Shown: positions 36,754 through 44,729 of the stretch, piece by piece | Numbering within the stretch: position 1 is the stretch's first letter | Layout: every line of letters starts with the position of its first letter | From: Methanomicrobiales archaeon | GTDB lineage: Archaea; Halobacteriota; Methanomicrobia; Methanomicrobiales; JACTUA01 | Assembly: GCA_034679905.1 (NCBI GenBank) | Contig: JAXDAH010000027.1 | Span: 1-44,861 of the forward strand | Reading direction: 5' to 3' | DNA: 44,861 bases | Program-made: the position numbers and the translations under genes | Notes under the pieces: generated by a model | Told to the model about the DNA's origin: nothing | The model's database searches: none | The model's input: the letters and a program-made list of their open reading frames with translations, nothing else

Positions 36754-37773
36754 CTACCCGCACACACCGACCGGCTTGATCAGGTCCTTAGGCTTCTCCT
36801 TCATCAGGAGCAGGGCCTCCTCGACCTTGTCGAATCCCTTGAATCTGCGGGTGAGCAGCGGGTTGAGATCGAGCTTGCCGACTTCGACCAGGCTCGAGAG
36901 TTTCTCCATCCGCAGCCTGCCGCCGGGCATGAGACCGCAGTGGATGAACTTGTGGCTCAGACCGCATCCCCCCTCGACGCGCGGAACGATGACGTAGTCG
37001 CCGGATCCGAGGTAGTTGACGTTCCCGATCTTTCCGCCCGGCTTGAGCATGCGGATCGCCTGGTCCATGGTCTTGACGTCGCCGCCGGCGATACAGACCT
37101 TGTCGACGCCCTTGCCGTCGGTCTTCTCCATTACCTGCTCGACTATGTCGCCGTTTTTGTAGTTGATCGCGTCCGTAGCGCCGTAGCCCTTCGCTGCCTT
37201 GACGCAGTCCGGGCGGCTGCCGACGGCAAGGATGGGGGACGCACCCATGAGGTTCGCACTGGCGACCGCCATCAGTCCGACCGGGCCGATGCCGATACAG
37301 CAGACGGTGTCCCCCAGCCGCACATCGGCGAGTTCCGCCGCGTGGAAACCGGTCGGGACCATGTCGGAGATCATGGATGCCTGGGCGACATCGATGGAGT
37401 CCGGCAGCAGGGCAAGGTTGCCGTCCGCCTCGTTGATGTGGAAGAGCTCTCCGAAGACATCGTCCTTGAAGTTGGAGAACTTCCAGCCCGAGAGCATGCC
37501 GCCGGGCGCTGCCATGCAGACTCTCCCCAGGATCAGCGAGAGTCTCTCTTCGGGGATGCCCTCTCGACCATCCGCGCCTTTGCATCGCCGATCGCTTCGG
37601 ATGCTGTAGCTCCGACGCCGAGGATGCCGGATTCGTACTGGAGTACGGCGTAGTATGCCATTCTGTACCGGTCTGTTGCATCCGGTTTTTCTAATTTGCC
37701 CCCTGTCGGATTGGAGAATGGCACCGTTCGTCCCCTGATCTCCTCGAGGACGGTATATGCGTCGTCCACGCAT
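36754..37773 (-). pseudogene. NADP-dependent zinc-type secondary alcohol dehydrogenase; the C-terminal ~255 aa are intact but the N-terminal catalytic-zinc region is not recognisable
   Basis: From GGMLSGWKFSNFKDDVFGELFHINEADGNLALLP to KPKDLIKPVGV the protein tracks Thermoanaerobacter/Clostridium secondary ADHs closely (GIGPVGLMAV, AVGSRP, GGRLRMEKL). The upstream ~85 codons (RGRRIYRPRGDQ...) lack the CxxD.H and GHE motifs and look non-coding in this frame. Confidence 0.6.
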
Positions 37774-38006
37774 CGAGCCGGGAGGGTGCAGGGCAGCGGT
37801 TCAACGACCGGGGGAGACCTGCGGTATCGTGGAGCGGCGTTTCAGTCAGCCCGCAACTAGGATGCCCCGGCTGCACGCCGGGCCCTATCTTGCCCCTGCG
37901 GCAGGGATCGCCTGGGGATGGGCGCCGTCCGCTGTCCAACTGTTTAAGGCAACTGCAGTCTCCAGTATAATTAATTCAGGGGGTTTGAGCTCCCGGGAGT
38001 TGCGGA

Positions 38007-38795
38007 ATGGAAGATGCGGTTAAACGGAGATGGCTCGTTCTCGTTATCGCCGTGGTTCTTGTCGCGGCTGCGGTGCTGGCGGGAATCGCCTGGCGGTGGG
38101 ATCGGCAGACGCGGCAGAGCGAGCACCATGACTACACCTACCGGGTCGAACTTTCCTTCAACACCACGCTCGAGGACGTGACCCTGCTCCTGCCGGCACC
38201 GCAGCGGACCGACACCGTGTTCCTCGCCGATGTCCTGGCGAACGGGAGCGGCTACGGCGTTCCCCCGGACTGGGACCTCTCGCTTGAGGAGATGAACGGC
38301 ACTCCGATGCTCGCCATCCAGGCTGCGCGGATGGTTCCCGAGTACCGTGGCTACCCGATCCCGATCGAGCCGGGCCAGAGCCCGCTCCCGACGACCCTTC
38401 CGCCGTCATCCGAGTACTCGAACGAGACACCCGTTCTGATGCCGGTCACCCTGGTTGCCAGGATCCCGCTGAACCGCACCATCGATACACGCGACCCCCT
38501 CGCCAGCGAGCCCGTCTTTCATCCTGGTGGCCCGTTCCTCCCCGGGACGGCACCTGTTCACGGGTACAGCGGGTCGGTGTTCACCTATACGGCCCCGGTC
38601 TACGTCCGGTTTACCGCGGACCAACCGGCATCGATATCGCTCCGGATGAGCATCGAGGGCGTGAACTCGATCTGGAGGGGCGGCTGGATCTATAACCTCT
38701 ACAGGGATGCAGTGGCCCTGGAGACCAGCAGCGATCGGCAGGGCTGGCTGGAGGGAGAGGGGGTGCTCCTAGCGGGAGAGGGCAGATACTATTAG
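38007..38795 (+). CDS. Hypothetical membrane-anchored extracytoplasmic protein
   Basis: 262 aa with an N-terminal signal anchor (WLVLVIAVVLVAAAVLAGIAW), then a Pro/Thr-containing beta-rich region. Family not recognised. Confidence 0.55.
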   Translation: MEDAVKRRWLVLVIAVVLVAAAVLAGIAWRWDRQTRQSEHHDYTYRVELSFNTTLEDVTLLLPAPQRTDTVFLADVLANGSGYGVPPDWDLSLEEMNGTPMLAIQAARMVPEYRGYPIPIEPGQSPLPTTLPPSSEYSNETPVLMPVTLVARIPLNRTIDTRDPLASEPVFHPGGPFLPGTAPVHGYSGSVFTYTAPVYVRFTADQPASISLRMSIEGVNSIWRGGWIYNLYRDAVALETSSDRQGWLEGEGVLLAGEGRYY

Positions 38796-39108
38796 GAGCG
38801 GTGAGTTCTCATAACAGAACAGGAATGGATTGCATGTCTCACATCATCCCGTTTTCTATAGGATGCATCCAAAAAACCGCAGGTATACATGGACGGTTCG
38901 TTCCCTGGAGACGATCCGTGACGGATTTGACCGTTCGCGGTTGGAGCAGCCAGACCATGTAGCAACAATGGATTGTGCTCTCAATCGTATAGGGTAAAGA
39001 ATTGAACAATTGACCGGAAAATAATATCTATTACTATATTATTTCTCGAATAAACTCCGACTAACGGAAGGATTTCTGGCAATCACCCGATCTCTTATCG
39101 ATTGCCTG

Positions 39109-39396
39109 ATGCGGGAAGAGTTGACGAAGATCGATGCAGAGGGGGCCAGGATCAGACAGCCCAGAGAAGAGCTGGAGAAGCAGCAACGGGAGATGCAACG
39201 ACCGTACATGGAGATGGCGGAAAGGCAAACAGAGATCGATCAGCAGTGGGTTGCGATCATCGCGGAACGGGGTAAGATGCGATCGAAAGAGAAGATGCCC
39301 GAAAAATCCGGGATTAAGCCCACACAGAGAGTTCACCCGCGGGCATCTTCCGCTGACGATATCCGCGCCCGGTATCCCAAGACCTACGCGAAGTGA
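39109..39396 (+). CDS. Small charged coiled-coil protein (hypothetical)
   Basis: 95-aa ORF, E/K/R/Q-rich (REELEKQQREMQRPYMEMAERQTEIDQQW). It follows an AT-rich tract containing the inverted repeat AATAATAT-N8-ATATTATT (39020-39043). Confidence 0.4.
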   Translation: MREELTKIDAEGARIRQPREELEKQQREMQRPYMEMAERQTEIDQQWVAIIAERGKMRSKEKMPEKSGIKPTQRVHPRASSADDIRARYPKTYAK

Positions 39397-39827
39397 ACGA
39401 AAAAGACAATCCGCTCGCGCAGGCGTATCTGCAGGGCAGCACGATCGAGTCCCGATCTCCAGAGGCAGTGCGGCGCGATCCTCGCCCGCCCGCGGAAGCT
39501 GAATGTGACGTCTCTGGATCTTCAGGCCTGAAGTGATCCTGCCTCGAGAGAGGGACCCCTCAACCGAGGGATCCGGAGTGGCTCCCTGCATGGGTGCGCA
39601 AACAGGGGGCCGGTACCCGGCCTGGCAAGTGTGCCCCGTGTTGCGAGTCCGCGCAACCAGGGACTCCGGGTCCCGCTGTGTTCCTGTACATGTACGGGAC
39701 GTGATACACACCATCAACTGCCCAGCCCCCTCCGCATCGATACCCTCGAGAGAGGGATTAAAAATCATCCAGCATCTATCATCGCAACTGTTTTCAGCGG
39801 GGGCGGAATTGATCTGATGGAGGGCTC

Positions 39828-40328
39828 ATGGGATCGTTTCACGAGTATATGCAGGAATATTGCAGACAGATGCAGAAAGGAGATATCCGCAAGGCCTACG
39901 CGGGACTGATGGACTATATCGGGAATTTGAGGCTGCATTTTAAAGGGAACTATCCCGATTATTTCGTATCCGGGAGCGTGTATCAGGGCTACATGGATAT
40001 GACGTACTTCTCTTTCGTCCCGGAATCGTTGAAATCTCGAAAATTGAAAGTGGCGATCGTCTTCGTGCATGACAGCTGCCGGTTCGAGGTCTGGCTGGCA
40101 GGATACAATAAGGCCATCCAGGCGAAGTACTGGAAGGCGTTCAGGGAACACGGCTGGGACAGATACCGCATTCCAGATACGACACGCGGCGTCGATTTCA
40201 TTCTGGAGCACGTTCTGGCGGCGAATCCCGATTTCCGGGATCTGGATGCCCTGACCGTGCAGATAGAGAGGGGGACGCTGACATTCATCGAGGCTATCGA
40301 GGGCTTCCTGTCGCAGCACGGACTCTGA
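39828..40328 (+). CDS. Hypothetical protein (166 aa, globular; family not confidently recognised)
   Basis: Clean ORF with balanced composition (MGSFHEYMQEYCRQMQKGDIRKAYAGLMDYIGNLRLHF...). GGAGGG lies upstream of the ATG. Confidence 0.6.
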   Translation: MGSFHEYMQEYCRQMQKGDIRKAYAGLMDYIGNLRLHFKGNYPDYFVSGSVYQGYMDMTYFSFVPESLKSRKLKVAIVFVHDSCRFEVWLAGYNKAIQAKYWKAFREHGWDRYRIPDTTRGVDFILEHVLAANPDFRDLDALTVQIERGTLTFIEAIEGFLSQHGL

Positions 40329-40410
40329 TCGCGCTGTCTCCAATATTCCGGTATCTTCCCGCCCCGGTGTTTCCGATACGATTAATTCCCGCTGCGTGTA
40401 TCCCGGATCC

Positions 40411-40635
40411 ATGGATCTCGTCGGCATTCTCCTGGGCCTCATGCTGATCGGGTTCGGCTACTTCCTCCTGCTGCCCTTTCACTTCTACGGAGGTATTGTC
40501 GTCATCGTCCTCGGCGTCCTGACCACGCTCGGGAGCTTCCTCACAACGCCTTCGGCCCGATCCTGGACCGCCTGCGAGGAGGAGGAGCAACAGCTGACCG
40601 AAGACGAGATCCTGTTCGTCTACGACGATCGCTGA
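40411..40635 (+). CDS. Small two-TM membrane protein with an acidic C-terminal tail (hypothetical)
   Basis: MDLVGILLGLMLIGFGYFLLLPFHFYGGIVVIVLGVLTTLGSFL...EEEEQQLTEDEILFVYDDR. ATG 40411 was preferred over the GTG at 40396. Confidence 0.45.
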   Translation: MDLVGILLGLMLIGFGYFLLLPFHFYGGIVVIVLGVLTTLGSFLTTPSARSWTACEEEEQQLTEDEILFVYDDR

Positions 40636-40986
40636 TCCGCCGAACCTGCGTCCCTCACAGGGTCCGCAGGAGCGTGGATACGGTATCCTGCGTGCGGGAG
40701 AGAGGCACAACGGCCCCTGCTGGAGCCGGCACCCGGATATCGCACGCCCCCATGAAGGCGCAAGGATGCCGGACCCGTTTCTGCAGAGCTCTCCTGCAGG
40801 CAGGCCCGATGTGGGCGGGCAGCACCATGCGGGCTGGCTGCCGCTCCAGCAAGAACGGGAACGGCAGCCAGCCGGCAAAGGGTCGAAACGGGACCCCTGG
40901 CCGGAACCTTCGCCAGTCCGGCTGGCCCGGCACTGCAGTCCGGCAGCGCCCGCTCTTTCTCGGGATCTGCTGCAGCCTTTTTCCCG

Positions 40987-41292
40987 CTAAAAGAGGATCT
41001 CCGCAGACTGCACTTTGAGGTTCTTCACCTGCGGTGGCGATTTGAGGCTCTTCTCCAGATCCTTCTGCGCCGATGGGAAGATAGCCTTGTACGAGGCGTC
41101 GAGGGCCTGCTCGTCCTCCCAGAACGACACGACAACGACGGTATCCGGGTCGTCCCGGGCGGTGAAGTTGATGGCACCGCGATACCCGTTTGTCGCGCGG
41201 GCGACCGGATCGGCGTCCTTCTTCTGCACATCGAAGAATGCCTGCTGCTGGCCCTTCTGCATTCTCCACGTGGACATCCTGGCATACGTCAT
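40987..41292 (-). CDS. Antibiotic biosynthesis monooxygenase (ABM)/Dabb-fold protein
   Basis: 101 aa. YRGAINFTARDDPDTVVVVSFWEDEQALDASY is the typical ABM ferredoxin-like pattern. Confidence 0.7.
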   Translation of the reverse strand: MTYARMSTWRMQKGQQQAFFDVQKKDADPVARATNGYRGAINFTARDDPDTVVVVSFWEDEQALDASYKAIFPSAQKDLEKSLKSPPQVKNLKVQSAEILF

Positions 41293-41436
41293 TTCGATCG
41301 TTGCCCTGACGGAGAACCGGCATATAATAGTTGCGCCGCCCCGTACAGCCGCACCTACGGTTTCACCCGACGCCGGTCGGGTTCCGGGATCCCCGTCTCG
41401 GTGCTCGGACGGGCTGGATAGGAGAGATAGTATGCG

Positions 41437-41973
41437 TTATGACAGAACGACCGTGCCCTTCCAGTCATCCACGAAGGTGTCCTGTACGTACAGCTTCGCT
41501 TCGGCGTTGTAGGTTCCGGCCAGCGGCACGCCGGCGTAGTGCGAGGGGATGTTGAAGTACAGCGTGAAGGTGTGGCTCGCACCGGGTTCTATTGTCTCGG
41601 TGTATGTCGCTGTATACGATCGCTCCTGGTAGCCGATGAGGAAGAAGTCCCTGCCCATCTTCATCTCGATGCGCTCCTGCGACAAGGGTACCTGCCCCGT
41701 GTTGGCAATGCGGATCCGAACCGGTGAGTTGGCATCCATCCGCACCCCGCTCGTATCCACGTCCTCGATCCGGGCGCCGGGCGCAGGGCTACCGGAGGGT
41801 GCCTGTGTTTGTGCGGTCTCGCGGGAGGGGCCTTCTGTAGCCCCGCTCTCCCGACCGACCGGCGGATGCGCCGGCGTGAACAGCAGGGATGCCCCCACGA
41901 TGGCCGCCAGAAGAACCAGGCCGACGACGATGGAGATGAGCACCGGTCTATCGTCCATGTACACTCTTTCCAC
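41437..41973 (-). CDS. Hypothetical membrane-anchored beta-rich protein
   Basis: Signal anchor PVLISIVVGLVLLAAIVGASLL, a Pro/Ser/Thr linker, then an Ig-like beta domain of about 110 aa (VRIRIANTGQVPL...TFTLYFNIP...AKLYVQD). Confidence 0.55.
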   Translation of the reverse strand: MERVYMDDRPVLISIVVGLVLLAAIVGASLLFTPAHPPVGRESGATEGPSRETAQTQAPSGSPAPGARIEDVDTSGVRMDANSPVRIRIANTGQVPLSQERIEMKMGRDFFLIGYQERSYTATYTETIEPGASHTFTLYFNIPSHYAGVPLAGTYNAEAKLYVQDTFVDDWKGTVVLS

Positions 41974-42249
41974 GCATTCGGATAAATGTCCGCCGGTTGT
42001 TTATACGGGAACCGGGACCATCCCGCCCGGACGGTGCCGATGCGCCGGGTACCGGAGGAGGGTGAGAGCGACCGACCGCTGCAGAGGAGCGGCAGCTCGA
42101 AAGGAGGTGAGAAGGCGTGGCACGTGGGGGAGGCGGGATTGCCGCTGCCAGGGATTTCCCGGCTCCTGTCCGCCGAGAAAGCGGTGAGACCCGCCACGGG
42201 GGCTCGCACGAAGACTGGATTGCGTGCACGGATACCAGGGAAAATTCTG

Positions 42250-42305
42250 CGCCCGGCCTCTCCTTGCTGGTGCGATCGGGGATCGAATCCCGATCCGGGC
42301 CGCCA
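42250..42305 (+). other. tRNA-like minihelix (acceptor-like stem + T-arm-like hairpin + G-CCA); not a complete tRNA
   Basis: 42251-42256 (GCCCGG) pairs with 42295-42300 (CCGGGC). The internal hairpin is ATCGGG-GATCGAAT-CCCGAT (42275-42294), with a TTCGAAT-like loop. The 3' tail is CGCCA. The D arm and anticodon arm are absent. Confidence 0.25.
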
Positions 42306-42663
42306 GCTGCACAGGTATACTTCGAGAATGCACTCTCCTGCCGATCGCCGGACAACCCCTGACCGGCTGCCGAGCGGATTTTGTCTCTCCTCCCACCCCC
42401 GTTCTATCCGGGACCGATCCCTAGGGTTGTATCCGTGTCGCGCAATTCGGACGCATCCGGAAGTACCGGGTGCGGTATGTGGGAGCAGTCTCCGGCCGAC
42501 GGCGTGCTCTTCCTGCGACGCGGGTTCCACGCCGCTGGTGCGGTGGGAACGAGGGCGGTGTGCCTCCCGGCACCAGAATGCATCCTCCGGCACCTCTATC
42601 CCCTGCAGAATCGCGGCCATCCCCTGTTCGACCGCTGATTTTATTACATAGATACCGGAATGG

Positions 42664-43173
42664 GTGTATATGGTATCGTCACGCGGCACACTCACGCTCG
42701 GCGCGGTCGGGCTCCTGGTCCTGCTGCTCCTGCTCGCCAGCGGCTGCACGGGGCAGCAGGGAACCCCTGCTACCACCACGACACCGCCCACGGCAGCACC
42801 CACGCCTACGGCCACGCCCATCGGGATGCCCAATCCCGCATCGGTCGCCTGCCGGGACGCCGGCGGTACGGTGGAGATCCGGAACGATTCGGCGGGCAAC
42901 CAGTACGGGATGTGCGTCTTCCCGAACGGAACGGCCTGTGAAGAATGGGCGCTCTACCGGGGCGAGGGCTGCAAGCCCGCGAATGAGTCAGCCGCCAACC
43001 AGACGGGAGCAGGCCTGGCGAACCCGGCGTCGGTCCACTGCGTCCAGGCCGGCGGCACGGTCGAGATCGAGAGGGATGCGGCCGGTAACGAGTACGGCAT
43101 GTGCACGTTCCCGAACGGGACCTCCTGCGAGGAGTGGGCCCTCTTCCGCGGGGAGGGGTGCAGACCGGGTTAA
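42664..43173 (+). CDS. Lipoprotein with two tandem DUF333 (putative hemolysin-like) domains
   Basis: Signal peptide plus lipobox LLLLASGC and a Thr/Pro linker. Two repeats follow: NPASVACRDAGGTVEIRNDSAGNQYGMCVFPNGTACEEWALYRGEGC and NPASVHCVQAGGTVEIERDAAGNEYGMCTFPNGTSCEEWALFRGEGC. Confidence 0.75.
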   Translation: MYMVSSRGTLTLGAVGLLVLLLLLASGCTGQQGTPATTTTPPTAAPTPTATPIGMPNPASVACRDAGGTVEIRNDSAGNQYGMCVFPNGTACEEWALYRGEGCKPANESAANQTGAGLANPASVHCVQAGGTVEIERDAAGNEYGMCTFPNGTSCEEWALFRGEGCRPG

Positions 43174-43198
43174 CCTGCAGTTCCGTTACGAGATTCTC

Positions 43199-43206
43199 TT
43201 TTTTTT
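43199..43206 (+). terminator. Oligo-T (T8) archaeal-type terminator after the DUF333 gene
   Basis: TTTTTTTT, 26 nt downstream of the TAA stop at 43171-43173. Confidence 0.4.
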
Positions 43207-43651
43207 GCACTGTTTGATGCGGGGTTGCCAGTTCTGGTACCACCTCGAGATTTCACGGCTGCAGAATTACGGAGGCGTATCCTTCCTGTCAGGTCATGCT
43301 ACCCTGCAGGAGCGAGCCCCAATGGTTCTTTCTTCGAAAAAAGAGTCGGCAATATCTCTCCCTCTATCAGCGGGTTCGGACCCTCGCTCGAACGGGACCA
43401 CCACGAAAAAGGCTCACCCATTCCAGCTGGGTTATCAGGTTGTACCCCGATCTCAGATGCAGGCGCATTCTGTCGAAACGATGGTCGCATGCGTGGAGCG
43501 GGCCTGCGAGTACGCCCGGGAGCCGGGAGAGGAGAGATCACCGCGGGTTCAGCACCTCGGGCGGTGCGTGGAGCTCCCCGTCCGCTGCCATGCAAAATCA
43601 CGTCCGGTCCCCGGCACCCCCCTCTTTCCCACCTTGCACCGCTTCGGGAGA

Positions 43652-44431
43652 TCATCCCAGCAAGAATTCCGTGACCAACCGCACGAACAGGTCCGGCGCC
43701 GTCCGCATCGCGATGTGCCCCTGCCCGGGCATGACGGCAACGCGGCTGTTGGGCAACGCGGCATGCACCATCTCCGTGGCCTTCCGGAGATATGCAGGAC
43801 TCTCGCTGCCCGACAGCAGCAGAACGGGCGTCCGTAGATCGCGGAACCTGGACGGATCGAGGATGTAGTCCTCGTCGGCGAACTCCCGCGGGATGGTATG
43901 GGCCGCCTTCAGTCTCCCCGGCCACTCTGGAGAGGTTCGCATGACCGCGAGCTGGTCCTCCGTAACACCCACGAGTTCGCGGAAGAAGACCAGCAGCGCC
44001 TCCTCCCGATCGCCGGCATCCAGCCGTTCCTGGATCCGGGCCCGTATTCGGGGCGTGTATACGGTCTCGCCAACCGAGACCAGGGGCTCGTACAGGACGA
44101 GCCTGCTCAGGTTGGCGACCCGGAGAGCGGCTTCCAGGCAGATCAACGCCCCGTAGGAGTGGCCCAGCAGATGCAGCGGTGCTTCTATCGATCCTGCTAC
44201 GGCCGCGATGTCCTCGTACTCCCGCTCGAGGGAGTAGGCGGCCGCGTCTCCGCTCTCTCCGCGGCCCCGGCGATCGACGGCATACACGCTGAATGCTCGC
44301 TCCAGCAGGGGAAGGACCGGCTGCCAGCGCGTACGGTCCGCCGAGGTGCCATGCACCAGGACGAGCGCCGGCCCGGTCCCGCTCCGCTCGAAGGCGATCT
44401 CTGTCCCGTCTTTCGACCGTACTCTCTCCAT
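43652..44431 (-). CDS. Alpha/beta-fold hydrolase
   Basis: ALVLVHGTSADRTRW (HG oxyanion motif), LLGHSYGA (GxSxG nucleophile elbow), and the C-terminal GQGHIAM catalytic His. Confidence 0.85.
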   Translation of the reverse strand: MERVRSKDGTEIAFERSGTGPALVLVHGTSADRTRWQPVLPLLERAFSVYAVDRRGRGESGDAAAYSLEREYEDIAAVAGSIEAPLHLLGHSYGALICLEAALRVANLSRLVLYEPLVSVGETVYTPRIRARIQERLDAGDREEALLVFFRELVGVTEDQLAVMRTSPEWPGRLKAAHTIPREFADEDYILDPSRFRDLRTPVLLLSGSESPAYLRKATEMVHAALPNSRVAVMPGQGHIAMRTAPDLFVRLVTEFLLG

Positions 44432-44666
44432 AGGAATCTTCCTCTACAGGATCCCGGGCAACCAGCACGAATACACGCATCTCGGATAATAACCTAACCG
44501 CTCTTGAGTGTCGGGTATCCCGCACGGGGTATTGCTCTGGTGTTAGCTCCCTGCCCTTCCACGTATTCGCATGGAAGGGGCTGGACAGGCAGGACGTGTT
44601 CAGTCCGCGAGTGTCCAGCGGTTCCAGGACTTCCGCCGACTGCACCCTCTTTTTCGTCCATTTTCA

Positions 44667-44674
44667 TTTATAAA
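44667..44674 (+). promoter_or_regulatory. TATA-box-like element upstream of the last gene
   Basis: TTTATAAA in an AT-rich tract, about 56 nt upstream of ATG 44730. Confidence 0.3.
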
Positions 44675-44729
44675 CCAATTGAAATGCGTACATGCAAATA
44701 GCACCATTGCTAAAAGAAAGAGTGCTGGC

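Noticed and set aside
37533-37769. 78-aa ORF as a HicB/UPF0150-like antitoxin gene
   Set aside because: Only a short, loose resemblance (YYAVL..G..G.GAT.SEAI.DAKA). There is no partner toxin gene, and it overlaps the ADH frame. It is mentioned only as context for the ADH 5' degradation.
39061-39768. 235-aa minus-strand ORF
   Set aside because: It is antisense to the coiled-coil ORF and runs through the repeat and hairpin region. It is Arg/Pro/Cys-rich with no motifs.
42250-42305. A genuine tRNA gene
   Set aside because: Only an acceptor-like stem and a T-arm-like hairpin with an 8-nt loop are present. There is no D arm or anticodon arm and the total length is about 56 nt. It is reported only as a tRNA-like relic or minihelix.
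41974-42663. RNase P RNA or SRP (7S) RNA in the GC-rich ORF-less region
   Set aside because: I could not find the conserved GGAAAGUCC-type CR-I box of RNase P, or the GGAAGGGAGCA-type SRP domain IV motif, on either strand.
41661-42899. 412-aa minus-strand ORF spanning the GC-rich spacer
   Set aside because: It overlaps two supported genes out of frame and reads as low-complexity R/P/S/G sequence. The spacer itself is kept as a separate finding.
43207-43651. Possible gene between the DUF333 terminator and the hydrolase stop
   Set aside because: None of the six frames gives a convincing protein and there is no start/RBS combination. It may be decayed sequence, so it is left unannotated.
43299-44645. 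448-aa minus-strand ORF
   Set aside because: It overlaps the alpha/beta hydrolase (43652-44431) in another frame. The hydrolase has HG, GxSxG and catalytic His motifs, whereas this ORF is Arg/Gly/Pro-rich.
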